A stretch of DNA of 59,558 bases. Source: Betaproteobacteria bacterium. Its GTDB lineage: Bacteria > Pseudomonadota > Gammaproteobacteria > Burkholderiales > SG8-41. Made by a program: the position numbers and the translations under genes. Positions 50,156-59,529 of this stretch are shown here, piece after piece. The number at the start of each line of letters is the position of its first letter. Position 1 is the stretch's first letter. The notes under the pieces were generated by a model. It did no database searches and had not been told where the DNA came from. It worked only from the letters and a program-made list of their open reading frames with translations. Location: the NCBI GenBank assembly GCA_003820645.1, contig RPOR01000007.1:1-59558 (forward strand), read 5' to 3'.

Positions 50156-51991
50156 ATGAACCAGCCAGCGACCAAGGCGCAAGTTGCGCCTGCCATGGAT
50201 AGTCCCTCATATGTCACGCATGCCAAGCTGAAAGCGTGGGTGGCCGAGGTGGCGCAAATGACCAAACCCGACCGCATCGTCTGGTGCGATGGTTCGCAGC
50301 AGGAATACGACCGCTTGTGCAACGAAATGGTCGCTTCCGGTACGCTGATCCGGCTCAATCAGGAAAAGCGCCCCGGCTGTTTCCTTGCCCGCTCGGACCC
50401 CGACGACGTTGCCCGCATGGAAGACCGCACCTTCGTCTGCAGCAAGAACAAGGAAGACGCCGGGCCCAACAACAACTGGGTCGCTCCCGAGGAAATGAAG
50501 GCGACCATGCGCAAGTTCTACGAGGGCTGCATGCGCGGGCGCACCATGTACGTGATCCCTTTCAGCATGGGGCCGCTGGGGTCGCCCATTGCACATATCG
50601 GTGTCGAACTGACCGACTCGCCCTACGTGGTGGTCAGCATGCGCATCATGACCCGCATCGGCCGCAAGGTGCTCGACGTGCTCAAGGACGGCACCTTTGT
50701 GCCATGCCTGCACTCGGTCGGCATGCCGCTCGGCCCCGGCCAGAAAGACATTCCGTGGCCGAGCAACAAGGAACACAAGTTCATCACCCATTTCCCCGAA
50801 GAAAGGCTGGTCTGGTCGTTCGGCAGCGGCTACGGCGGCAATGCGCTGCTTGGGAAGAAGTGCTTCGCGCTGCGCATCGCCTCGATCATGGCGAAAGAAC
50901 AGGGCTGGCTCGCTGAACACATGCTGATCCTCGGCATCCAGCCCCCGGTCGGCAAGAAACACTACATCGCGGCGGCCTTTCCCAGCGCCTGCGGCAAGAC
51001 CAATCTCGCGATGCTGATCCCGCCCAAGGCGCTGGAAGGCTGGAAAGTCACCACCATCGGCGAAGACATTGCCTGGATCAAGCCCGGCGCCGACGGCCGG
51101 CTGTATGCGATCAACCCGGAATCCGGTGCCTTTGGCGTCGCGCCCGGCACTTCCGAGGAAACCAATGCCAATTGCCTGGCGGCACTGAAAAGCAACACCA
51201 TTTTTACCAACGTCGCGATGACCGACGATGGCGACGTGTGGTGGGAGGGGCTCAGTAAGGAGCCGCCCCAGCACCTGATCGACTGGACCGGGCAGTCGTG
51301 GACGCCGGACAGCGGTCGCCTCGCGGCGCATCCGAATTCGCGTTTTACGGTCCACGCTTCGCAGATTCCGTCGATGGACCCGGACTGGGAGGACCCCGCC
51401 GGGGTGCCGATCAGCGCTTTCCTGTTTGGCGGCCGTCGGACGACTACCGTGCCGCTGGTCGCCGAAGCCAAGGACTGGCAGCACGGCGTATACCTGGCTG
51501 CGACCATGGCCTCGGAAACGACTGCAGCCATCGTCGGCAAAGTCGGCGTGGTGCGCCGCGATCCGTTCGCGATGCTGCCGTTCTGCGGCTACCACTTCGG
51601 GGATTACTTCAAGCACTGGCTGAATGTCGGCACCCGCATCAAGCAGGCGCCGAAAATTTTTGCCGTCAACTGGTTCCGTCGCGATACCAACGGCAAGTTC
51701 ATGTGGCCGGGTTTCGGTGACAACATGCGGGTGCTGAAATGGGTCGTCGAGCGTTGCGAAGGCAAGTCCGGTGCCACCGAAACCCCGATCGGCCATATGC
51801 CGCGTTACGAAGACATGGAATGGGCTGGCATGAACGGCTTTACCCGCGAAGCCTTCGACGAACTGACGCACGTCGACCACGATGCCTGGCGTGCCGAATA
51901 CAGGGATCATGAAGAACTGTTCGGCAAACTCAAGTCGCGCCTGCCCGTGGAAATGCATGCACAGCGGCAGGCACTGGAGAAAACGCTATAA
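50156..51991 (+). CDS. pckG: Phosphoenolpyruvate carboxykinase (GTP)
   Basis: [54 protein letters not shown]. Confidence 0.95.
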   Translation: MNQPATKAQVAPAMDSPSYVTHAKLKAWVAEVAQMTKPDRIVWCDGSQQEYDRLCNEMVASGTLIRLNQEKRPGCFLARSDPDDVARMEDRTFVCSKNKEDAGPNNNWVAPEEMKATMRKFYEGCMRGRTMYVIPFSMGPLGSPIAHIGVELTDSPYVVVSMRIMTRIGRKVLDVLKDGTFVPCLHSVGMPLGPGQKDIPWPSNKEHKFITHFPEERLVWSFGSGYGGNALLGKKCFALRIASIMAKEQGWLAEHMLILGIQPPVGKKHYIAAAFPSACGKTNLAMLIPPKALEGWKVTTIGEDIAWIKPGADGRLYAINPESGAFGVAPGTSEETNANCLAALKSNTIFTNVAMTDDGDVWWEGLSKEPPQHLIDWTGQSWTPDSGRLAAHPNSRFTVHASQIPSMDPDWEDPAGVPISAFLFGGRRTTTVPLVAEAKDWQHGVYLAATMASETTAAIVGKVGVVRRDPFAMLPFCGYHFGDYFKHWLNVGTRIKQAPKIFAVNWFRRDTNGKFMWPGFGDNMRVLKWVVERCEGKSGATETPIGHMPRYEDMEWAGMNGFTREAFDELTHVDHDAWRAEYRDHEELFGKLKSRLPVEMHAQRQALEKTL

Positions 51992-52020
51992 GCCGCCCGC
52001 TTGCAGATCCGGCTGCAACA

Positions 52021-52060
52021 ACGGCGACGGCGCTGATGCGCTGTCGCCGTTTTATTTTTT
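52021..52060 (+). terminator. Intrinsic terminator after pckG
   Basis: ACGGCGACGGCGC-TGAT-GCGCTGTCGCCGT then TTTATTTTTT. Confidence 0.85.
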
Positions 52061-52077
52061 ACTAAGGAGAAATGCCC

Positions 52078-52248
52078 ATGGCACAACCGAACTACGGGTT
52101 TGCAAAACGGCAACGGGAACTTGCCAAGAAGCAGAAGAAGGAAGAAAAGCGCCGGCGCAAGGAAGCCGAGAATGCGCCGCCAGGCGGAGATGGTGCGCCT
52201 GACCAGCCGGCTGCCGACCAGCAACAGAACGACGTGCCGCAACAATGA
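52078..52248 (+). CDS. Small Lys/Arg/Glu-rich protein (56 aa), absent from the supplied ORF track
   Basis: TAAGGAG RBS 8 nt before ATG; MAQPNYGFAKRQRELAKKQKKEEKRRRKEAENAPPGGDGAPDQPAADQQQNDVPQQ*. Confidence 0.75.
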   Translation: MAQPNYGFAKRQRELAKKQKKEEKRRRKEAENAPPGGDGAPDQPAADQQQNDVPQQ

Positions 52249-52372
52249 TGCAGGGTACGCCGCCGGGGATTGAGACACGGGGGCGCCGCTGGCGTCCTTT
52301 GTTTTTGGGACATCACCTTACCCCTGTGATGCTGCGCACTGCATTGGTCGATATCGAACCCGGGACCTACCC

Positions 52373-52714
52373 ATGCCTGCCTGGCTGATACCCGCGCTCA
52401 AGGCCGTTCTGCCGCATGTCGCAACCATTATTTCGACGGCGACGCCGGTGTTTACCAAAAAAAAGGATGATGCCGCTGCCAGTCAGAGTTTGTTGCTGCA
52501 GCAGCAGATCACGGAGCTGCAGGGGGCGGCATCCCAGAACGCGGCACATATCCGGAAACTGGCAGAGCAACTGCAGGAGACTGTCGCCGCGCTGGAACAG
52601 GCAGCGACTCTTGCCGACACCCGGCTGCGCCGCGCTTACCTGCTCTGTGTCGTTGCGACAGCCCTGTCCGCCGTCTCACTGGGGCTGGCGCTGTTCGTTA
52701 TTTTCGCGCCGTGA
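52373..52714 (+). CDS. Hypothetical membrane-anchored coiled-coil protein
   Basis: N-terminal amphipathic segment, Gln/Ala-rich coiled coil, C-terminal TM helix. Confidence 0.65.
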   Translation: MPAWLIPALKAVLPHVATIISTATPVFTKKKDDAAASQSLLLQQQITELQGAASQNAAHIRKLAEQLQETVAALEQAATLADTRLRRAYLLCVVATALSAVSLGLALFVIFAP

Positions 52715-52837
52715 GTCGGCCGGATCGACCACGCTGCTTGCCGGGAAAACGGCACGCTGTCTTGGCCGCTTGCGTTGCACCGTCCGGTCGGCAAGGCGGC
52801 AGGCGCCGTTAACGGAACGCGGCGGAGGTGACCGCGC

Positions 52838-54268
52838 TCAGCCCTTGATGCAGACCAGCGGCAGCAGGCGGACGACCTTGCCGGCGAGCCCGGCGTGGTC
52901 GGCGGCATCGACCACCGCGCTGACGTCCTTGTAGGCGAGCGGCGCTTCCTCCGCGACGCCGCGCGAGCTCGGGCTGCGGATCAGGATGCCGCGCGCCGCT
53001 AGGTCGTCGATCAGCGCGCGGCCGCGCCAGCGGCGCGTCGCTTCGTGGCGGCTCATCGCGCGTCCCGCGCCATGGCAGGCGGAGCCGAAAGCGCGTTCCT
53101 CTGTGCCCGCGGCACCGGCGAGCACATACGAAGCCGTGCCCATGCTGCCGCCGATCAGCACCGGCTGTCCGATCTTGGCGTACTCCGGCGGCAACTCGGC
53201 GTGGCCCGGCCCGAAGGCGCGCGTCGCGCCCTTGCGATGCACGAACAGCCGGCGCCTGCGGCCCTCGACCATGTGCGTCTCTTCCTTGCAGGTGTTGTGC
53301 GAGACGTCATAGAGCAGCGACAACTGCACGCCGGGAAACACTTCGGCAAAAGCCTGCCGCGCGAGGTGGGTGAGGATCTGCCGGTTGGCCAGTGCACAAT
53401 TGATGCCCGCGCGCATGGCACCGAGATAGCGCTGCCCAAGCGCCGACTGCAGCGGCGCGCAGGCGAGTTCGCGGTCGGGCAGGGTGATGCCCGCCGCCGG
53501 CGCCGCCACCACCATCTCGCGCAGGTAGTCGGTGCCGATCTGGTGACCCAGGCCGCGCGAGCCGCAATGGATGCTGACCACCACGTCGCCGGCGGCGAGG
53601 CCGTAGGCGCGGGCGGCGGGCTCGTCGAAGATTTCGCTGACTACCTGCACCTCGAGATAGTGGTTGCCCGAGCCCAGCGTGCCCATTTCGTCGCGCTGGC
53701 GCTGCTTCGCCTGCTCGGATACGGCCGCAGGGTCGGCACCGGCAGCGCAGCCGTGTTCCTCGATACGCGCGAGGTCGGCTTCGGTGCCGTAACCCTGCTG
53801 CACGGCCCAGCGCGCGCCGCCCTTCAGCATCGCCGCCATCCCGGCCGCGCTGAGACGGATTGCGCCGGTGCTGCCGAGGCCGGCGGGAATGCGCGCATAG
53901 AGCACGTCGGCCAGCCGCGCCTTGTGTGCTTCGAGGTCAGCGACGCCGAGGCCGGTATGCAGCGTGCGCACGCCGCAGGAGATGTCGAAGCCGACGCCGC
54001 CGGCCGACACCACGCCGCCATCTTCGGCTGCAAAGGCGGCGACGCCGCCGATCGGAAAGCCGTAACCCCAGTGCGCGTCGGGCATCGCATACGACGCGGC
54101 GACGATCCCCGGCAGGCTGGCGACGTTGGTCACCTGCTCGCGCACCTTGTCGTCCATGTCTGCGACCAGCTCGCGCGTGGCGAAGATCACGCCCGGCACG
54201 CGCATGCGACCCGTGGCGGGCAGCAGCCATTCGCAGGGGCCGCGCTGTTGCAGTCTGGAGAGATCCAT
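52838..54268 (-). CDS. rtcB: RtcB 3'-phosphate/5'-OH ligase, long archaeal/eukaryotic-like (archease-associated) type
   Basis: MPDAHWGYGFPIG, GFDISCG, GTLGSGNHYLE, IHCGSRGLG, DVSHN, HRKGATR, GGSMG, SACHGAGR, C-terminal IKG. Confidence 0.95.
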   Translation of the reverse strand: MDLSRLQQRGPCEWLLPATGRMRVPGVIFATRELVADMDDKVREQVTNVASLPGIVAASYAMPDAHWGYGFPIGGVAAFAAEDGGVVSAGGVGFDISCGVRTLHTGLGVADLEAHKARLADVLYARIPAGLGSTGAIRLSAAGMAAMLKGGARWAVQQGYGTEADLARIEEHGCAAGADPAAVSEQAKQRQRDEMGTLGSGNHYLEVQVVSEIFDEPAARAYGLAAGDVVVSIHCGSRGLGHQIGTDYLREMVVAAPAAGITLPDRELACAPLQSALGQRYLGAMRAGINCALANRQILTHLARQAFAEVFPGVQLSLLYDVSHNTCKEETHMVEGRRRRLFVHRKGATRAFGPGHAELPPEYAKIGQPVLIGGSMGTASYVLAGAAGTEERAFGSACHGAGRAMSRHEATRRWRGRALIDDLAARGILIRSPSSRGVAEEAPLAYKDVSAVVDAADHAGLAGKVVRLLPLVCIKG

Positions 54269-54313
54269 AATGGAAATTTTACGCAGCGATCGCAGGCCGG
54301 TTACTGATTCAGC

Positions 54314-54727
54314 TCAAACATCGACGACGCATTGTGCGATCCACAGGCCGTCCGGTCGCCGCTGCACCGCCAGTTCGCAGAATGAGGCGCCTTTGACTTC
54401 CGCCGCTGGCCGGTGGCGCACGACATCCACCGGCTCCCCCCAAGCCACGGCCTGCAGCCGGTGGCTTTCGATGCTTACGTCAAAGCGCGAAAACAGCATG
54501 TGGTGCGTTGCCATTTCATAGACCAGCGCGTTCAGCCAGTCCACCAGCAATATATCGTAGTCGGGCGCCGCGCACTCGATCCGGACCGCTTCGCGCGCCA
54601 TGACCTGCGCCGGATCGCAGATCGCGGCTGTCATTGCCGTCGCCGCACCGGCAAAGGCCTCGGCGAGCGTGGCACCGCTGCCGCGCACGCCGATATCGGC
54701 CTCGTGGGCGAAGGTTTCCCACTTCAT
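54314..54727 (-). CDS. Archease
   Basis: 137 aa; FAHEADIG (DHTAD-like), LLVDWLN.L.Y, EVKG, C-terminal VVDV; immediately upstream of rtcB. Confidence 0.92.
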   Translation of the reverse strand: MKWETFAHEADIGVRGSGATLAEAFAGAATAMTAAICDPAQVMAREAVRIECAAPDYDILLVDWLNALVYEMATHHMLFSRFDVSIESHRLQAVAWGEPVDVVRHRPAAEVKGASFCELAVQRRPDGLWIAQCVVDV

Positions 54728-56451
54728 CGCTTCGGCTTCGCCAGCAGGCGCCGCAACTCGGGCAGCGGCCGCGTGTTGAGCACGTCGGTAGCGGCGAGCC
54801 AGCCGCGCCGTGCCTGGCCGATGCCAAAGCGCAAGTTGGCATAGTCATCGCGGCTGTGGGCATCGGAGTTGATCGCGACCAGCACGCCTTCCTCTTTCGC
54901 CATCAGGCAGTGGGTGTCCAGCAGGTCCAGCCGCTCGGGGTGGGCGTTGAGTTCGAGGTAACAGCCGCGGCTCTTGGCGTGGCGGACGATGCGCAGCATG
55001 TCCGCGTCGTAGGGTTCGCGGCTCTCGATCAGGCGGCCCGTCGGGTGGGCCAGCAGGGTGAAGCAGGGGTGGTCCATCGCGCGCAGGATGCGCGCGGTCT
55101 GCTTGGCGCGGGGCAGGTCGAAGCGGCTGTGCACCGCACCGATGACCAGGTCGAGGCGGGCGAGCGCAGCGTCGGGCAGGTCGAGGCTGCCGTCTTCGAG
55201 GATGTCGACTTCGATGCCTTTCAGCACGACGAAGCCCGACAGCGTGGCATTGAGCACGTCGATGGCGTCGCACTGTTCGGCGAGCCGGCGGGGGTCGAGG
55301 CCATGGGTCATCGCCATGCGCCGCGAGTGCTCGGTGATCGCGATGTAGGACAGCCCCAGCGCCTGTGCGGCGAGCGCCATGTCCCGCAGGCTGTCGTGGC
55401 CGTCGGTGGCCCTGGTATGGACATGCAGGTCGCCGCGCAGGTCGGCGAGCTCGACCAGTTGCGGCAGGCGGTGCGCGCGCGCCGCTGCGATCTCGCCGCG
55501 GTCCTCGCGCAGTTCGGGGGCGATCCACGGCAGGCCGAGGGCACGGTAGACCGACGCTTCGCTGTCGCCGGCGATGCGCTGCCGACCGCGGAACACGCCG
55601 TATTCGTTGAGCTTGAGGCCGCGATCCTGGGCAAGGCGGCGGATCGCGATGTTGTGGGCCTTGGAGCCGGTGAAATAGCACAGCGCCGCGCCGTACGCGG
55701 CCGGCTCGACGACGCGCAGGTCGACCTGCAGGCCGCTCTTCAGCACCACGCTGCCACGCACCGGGCCGTGCGACAGCACCTCAGCGACCTCGTCGTAACC
55801 GACGAAGCGCGTCATGACATCGCTGTCGGCGTCGGCGACGACCAGGATGTCGAGGTCACCGACCGTCTCACGGCAGCGCCGGTAACTGCCGGCTATTTCG
55901 ACGCGTTCCACGCCGCGCGCACCCACGAGCCAGGCGACCAGCGAGTCGCCATACTGCGCGGCGGTGGCAAGCTTGACGCGGCGCGCCTTCGACAGGTGGG
56001 CTTCCACGGCCTGCAGGATGTTGGCCTCTGTCTTGGTGCCGAAGCCGGGCAGGGCGCGGATGCGTCCATCGCGCGCGGCGCGCGCCACCTGCTCCAGCGT
56101 CTGGACGTCGAGATCGTGCCACAGCATGCGCACGCGCTTGGGACCCAGCCCCGGTACGTGCAGCAGTTCGGTGATCGCCGGCGGCAGTGCGGCGTGCAGT
56201 TTCTCCAGCATGTTGCACTTGCCGGTGTCGACGATCTCGCGCATCTTGCCTGCCAGATCGTCGCCGATGCCCGGCAGCTCGGTCAGGTCCTCGCCGCGCT
56301 CGATCATCGCGCGCACCTCGCGCCGCAGTTCGCCGACGATGCGCGCGGCATTGCGGTAGGCACGGATGCGGAAGGGATTGGCCTGCTCGATTTCCAGCAG
56401 CTCGGCGATCTCGGTGAAGATCGCCGCAATGTCGGCGTTGTGGATGGGCAT
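54724..56451 (-). CDS. polX: Family X DNA polymerase with C-terminal PHP domain (PolX)
   Basis: NPFRIRAYR, HhH motifs, GSYRR..ETVGDLD and VDLR (three catalytic Asp), FTGSKAHN; PHP motifs DLHVHT, TEHS, GIEVD, AVHS, AHPTGR, NSDAH. Confidence 0.95.
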   Translation of the reverse strand: MPIHNADIAAIFTEIAELLEIEQANPFRIRAYRNAARIVGELRREVRAMIERGEDLTELPGIGDDLAGKMREIVDTGKCNMLEKLHAALPPAITELLHVPGLGPKRVRMLWHDLDVQTLEQVARAARDGRIRALPGFGTKTEANILQAVEAHLSKARRVKLATAAQYGDSLVAWLVGARGVERVEIAGSYRRCRETVGDLDILVVADADSDVMTRFVGYDEVAEVLSHGPVRGSVVLKSGLQVDLRVVEPAAYGAALCYFTGSKAHNIAIRRLAQDRGLKLNEYGVFRGRQRIAGDSEASVYRALGLPWIAPELREDRGEIAAARAHRLPQLVELADLRGDLHVHTRATDGHDSLRDMALAAQALGLSYIAITEHSRRMAMTHGLDPRRLAEQCDAIDVLNATLSGFVVLKGIEVDILEDGSLDLPDAALARLDLVIGAVHSRFDLPRAKQTARILRAMDHPCFTLLAHPTGRLIESREPYDADMLRIVRHAKSRGCYLELNAHPERLDLLDTHCLMAKEEGVLVAINSDAHSRDDYANLRFGIGQARRGWLAATDVLNTRPLPELRRLLAKPKR

Positions 56452-56728
56452 GTCAGCCCTGCCGCGGATCCGTCGGCATACGCATCTGGCAGCGCGCGGC
56501 AGCGTCGCCGGATGCTGCAGGTGCGGATCTGGATTCAGGTGTCATGATCGGTCGCCGGTATTCCGGGCAAAAAGGGTGGCCCTGCATTCTGGGGTGGGTC
56601 GCCTGATCTTGACGCTACGTCGCTTACCGGGGAACGTGAACCGCAAAGCAGCCAGTGGCGGTGGTCCTTTGCCAGCGCGCTTTGTTCGCGGGCGCGGCTG
56701 CCCAATGGTGGCGATGCTGGAGATATCC

Positions 56729-57055
56729 CTACCGATCAGCATGGGGCGTTTGCGCGCGCAGTTCGCGTAACTGCGTTTCCAGTTCCTGTATCCGCTCCAG
56801 CAGTGTAACCATCAGCGCCACTCCATACGGCTCGAGGTCGAAACTGATGCGGAGACGACAGGCCGTGCGGACGGTCAGCAGGCACTTTCCGCTGAACACC
56901 CACGGTGACGATTCCGGATCGATGGGCGTGACGGCGCCGTAATCGACGAGTTCGCGCAGTTCGGCTTCCGACAGGCCGGAGAGCTCCGCCAGTTCTGCCA
57001 ATGAGAACGCATGGTCCTCGGTCAGCCATTCCGGTTCAACATGTTCAGGGAGCAT
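56729..57055 (-). CDS. cbpM: Chaperone modulator CbpM (MerR-like HTH)
   Basis: [12 protein letters not shown]...L.ELVDYG, RL..SFDL...GVAL...LL.RI..LE; overlaps the cbpA stop. Confidence 0.82.
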   Translation of the reverse strand: MLPEHVEPEWLTEDHAFSLAELAELSGLSEAELRELVDYGAVTPIDPESSPWVFSGKCLLTVRTACRLRISFDLEPYGVALMVTLLERIQELETQLRELRAQTPHADR

Positions 57056-57989
57056 GGTTCATCTCCTGTTGCAGGCGTGCGCGCGGATTGAAGGTCGATT
57101 CTTTCGCGAGTTGTTCAAACAACCCGCGCTCGACATCGGTGGCGGTGGCGGGCACCACAATCTGCGCAATGGCAAAAAGGTCGCCTTCCTTGCCATGGGG
57201 CCTGGGCAGGCCGCGCCCGGACAGCCGCAACTGCTGGCCGGCCTGGGTATGCGGCGGCACTTTCAGGCGCACCGTTCCACCCAGCGTGGGCACGTCGATG
57301 GTCGCGCCCAGCACCGCTTCCCACGGCGCCAGCGGCAGATCGAGATACAGGTCATGACCGCTCACCCGAAACACCGTATGTGGCTGCAGTTTGACCTGCA
57401 GGTACAGATCACCATCGCGCCCGCCGTTGAAGCCTTTGCCACCACGCCCGGCGAGGCGCAGGCGCTGCCCGTCGGTGGCGCCTTTGGGGATGCGCACCTT
57501 GAAACTGCGTGGCACTCGATGCAATTGCCCCTGTGCATCGCGTTCCGGCACGGTCAGATTCAGCTCGACTTCAGTGCCGCTATAGGCCTGCTCCAGCGAG
57601 ATTTGCGCTGTGACTTCGTAATCCTGTCCGGGCATGCGGATCGCTCCGCCGCCCGGTTGCCGACCTCCGGAGAAGCCTGCGAACAGATCCGCCAAGTCGG
57701 CATCGTCAAAGGCGAACTGAGAATCGCCATGCTGCGGACCCCAGCCCGGCGGCGGCTGGAAATCCTGCCCCGGCTGGTGACGACCGAGCTGGTCATAGGC
57801 GGCGCGCTTTTCCGGATTCTTCAGGGTCTCGTACGCCTCCGCAAGCGCCTTGAATTTTTCCTCGCCTTCCGGATCCTTGGACACGTCCGGATGGTATTTA
57901 TGAGCGAGTTTGCGGTAAGCCTTCTTGATATCCTCGGCGCTGGCACCGCGGTCCACACCGAGGATGTCGTAGTAGTCCTTGTATTTCAT
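57045..57989 (-). CDS. cbpA: CbpA-like class B J-domain protein (curved DNA-binding DnaJ homologue)
   Basis: MKYKDYY, HPD motif, no zinc finger, C-terminal domain PWEAVLG...FNPR. Confidence 0.88.
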   Translation of the reverse strand: MKYKDYYDILGVDRGASAEDIKKAYRKLAHKYHPDVSKDPEGEEKFKALAEAYETLKNPEKRAAYDQLGRHQPGQDFQPPPGWGPQHGDSQFAFDDADLADLFAGFSGGRQPGGGAIRMPGQDYEVTAQISLEQAYSGTEVELNLTVPERDAQGQLHRVPRSFKVRIPKGATDGQRLRLAGRGGKGFNGGRDGDLYLQVKLQPHTVFRVSGHDLYLDLPLAPWEAVLGATIDVPTLGGTVRLKVPPHTQAGQQLRLSGRGLPRPHGKEGDLFAIAQIVVPATATDVERGLFEQLAKESTFNPRARLQQEMNHAP

Positions 57990-58236
57990 CGACCTATTCC
58001 GGAAAGAGGGTAAGACAGGGTAAGACGAAAATTCGTTGAGAACCCGGATTCATGCAGTCACTTAACAGTCTACACGCATCGCACCGGGCGTTGATTCGCA
58101 ATCATGTGGCAATGGACGGCATTGTCCTGCGGCGCATGACGAAAGAATCTACGATTATCGACTATCATGCAGTCCTGACACCACTGCGCCATCCGGGCAC
58201 GTCTCATCGGCTTACGCTGGATGCTAAACCCCGTTC

Positions 58237-59475
58237 ATGTTCGATATCGCTGCCATTTGCCTGGTCATCACCGCGCTGCTGGCCTATGTTAACCACCGCT
58301 TTGTGGGCATGCCCACCACCATTGGCGTGATGGCTGCGGCACTGCTTTTTTCGCTGATGCTGGTCGGCCTGGATGCTCTGGGCCTTGCGTATGGCCTGCG
58401 CCAGTATGAGGAATCGCTGCTGCGTTCAATTGACTTTTCAGATGTCCTCATGCAGGGCATGCTGTCCTATCTGCTGTTTGCCGGTGCCTTGCATGTCGAT
58501 CTGAGCGAACTCAAAGCCTATCGGTGGCTGGTTGGCGGGCTGGCTGTGTGCGGGACGCTGTTGGCGACCGTTGTGGTCGCATATGGCATGTGGTTTGCGC
58601 TGCCGCTGGTGGGCCTGCATTTGCCGTTCATGTACTGCCTGTTGTTCGGTGCGCTGATCGCGCCCACCGATCCGATTGCAGTGATGGACATGCTCAAATC
58701 CGCCAAAGCGCCAAAAGAGCTCGAGATGGTTATTGCAGGGGAATCGCTGTTCAACGACGGCGTGGGCGTGGTGATTTTCTCGTTGCTGCTGGGCATGCTT
58801 ACCAGCGGCGTGGCGCCGACGCTGGAGCAGGGCGTCGATCGGCTGCTGCACGAAGCGGGCGGCGGGCTGCTGTTCGGGCTGCTACTGGGCTATTTGACGT
58901 TCCGCCTGCTGAAGAGCGTGGACAACTACCAAGTAGAAGTACTGCTGACGCTCGCTGCCGTCACTGGCGGCTACGCCCTGGCCAGCACGCTGCACTTATC
59001 CGGACCGCTGGCGATGGTGGTCGCGGGCCTGATCATTGGCAACCACGGCCGTGCGCTTGCCATGTCCGATACGACAAGGCGCAATCTGGACCTGTTCTGG
59101 CAATTAATCGACGAGATTTTGAACGCGATGCTGTTCGTGCTGATCGGTATGGAGGTGCTGCTGGTGGCGTTCTCGGTCAACGAACTGGTTGCTGCAAGCG
59201 TCGCTGTCGTGGTGACGCTGGTGGCACGCGTGCTCACGGTCGGCATGCCGGTGAAAGCACTTCATAAAGCCTTCAATTTGCCGAAAGGTTCATGGAAAGT
59301 ATTAACTTGGGGTGGTCTGCGTGGTGGCATTTCCGTCGCATTGGCGCTGTCACTGCCGGCTGGACCCGAGCGCGACACCGTGGTGGCGCTGACCTATGTC
59401 GTGGTGGTGTTCTCGATCCTGGTGCAGGGACTTTCCATGGGGCAGGTCACGCGCAGGGCGGTCGCATCGCGTTGA
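58237..59475 (+). CDS. CPA1 (NhaP-type) Na+/H+ antiporter
   Basis: LLFAGALH, PTDPIAV, GESLFNDG, WGGLRGGISVALAL. Confidence 0.9.
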   Translation: MFDIAAICLVITALLAYVNHRFVGMPTTIGVMAAALLFSLMLVGLDALGLAYGLRQYEESLLRSIDFSDVLMQGMLSYLLFAGALHVDLSELKAYRWLVGGLAVCGTLLATVVVAYGMWFALPLVGLHLPFMYCLLFGALIAPTDPIAVMDMLKSAKAPKELEMVIAGESLFNDGVGVVIFSLLLGMLTSGVAPTLEQGVDRLLHEAGGGLLFGLLLGYLTFRLLKSVDNYQVEVLLTLAAVTGGYALASTLHLSGPLAMVVAGLIIGNHGRALAMSDTTRRNLDLFWQLIDEILNAMLFVLIGMEVLLVAFSVNELVAASVAVVVTLVARVLTVGMPVKALHKAFNLPKGSWKVLTWGGLRGGISVALALSLPAGPERDTVVALTYVVVVFSILVQGLSMGQVTRRAVASR

Positions 59476-59529
59476 ACCCTGGCCACTGGCGGGTATCATA
59501 GGATCGTCGGTATCGAGAAGGAGGAGCCC

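Noticed and set aside
52715-52837. Possible Y-RNA or tRNA-like substrate RNA beside rtcB
   Set aside because: No T-loop (GTTCRA) or cloverleaf recognisable, and no Ro60 gene in the window.
54634-56547. 637-aa + strand ORF opposite polX, and similar long antisense ORFs such as 50207-51958, 36042-37571, 18118-19536 and 11378-12772
   Set aside because: Shadow ORFs expected opposite real genes in high-GC DNA; no recognisable motifs and they fully overlap well-supported genes.
56546-56728. Sigma54 (-24/-12) promoter or SOS box upstream of polX-archease-rtcB
   Set aside because: The TGGC...TTGC pairs present have the wrong spacing (4 or 9 nt instead of 7), and no CTGT-N8-ACAG was found by eye.
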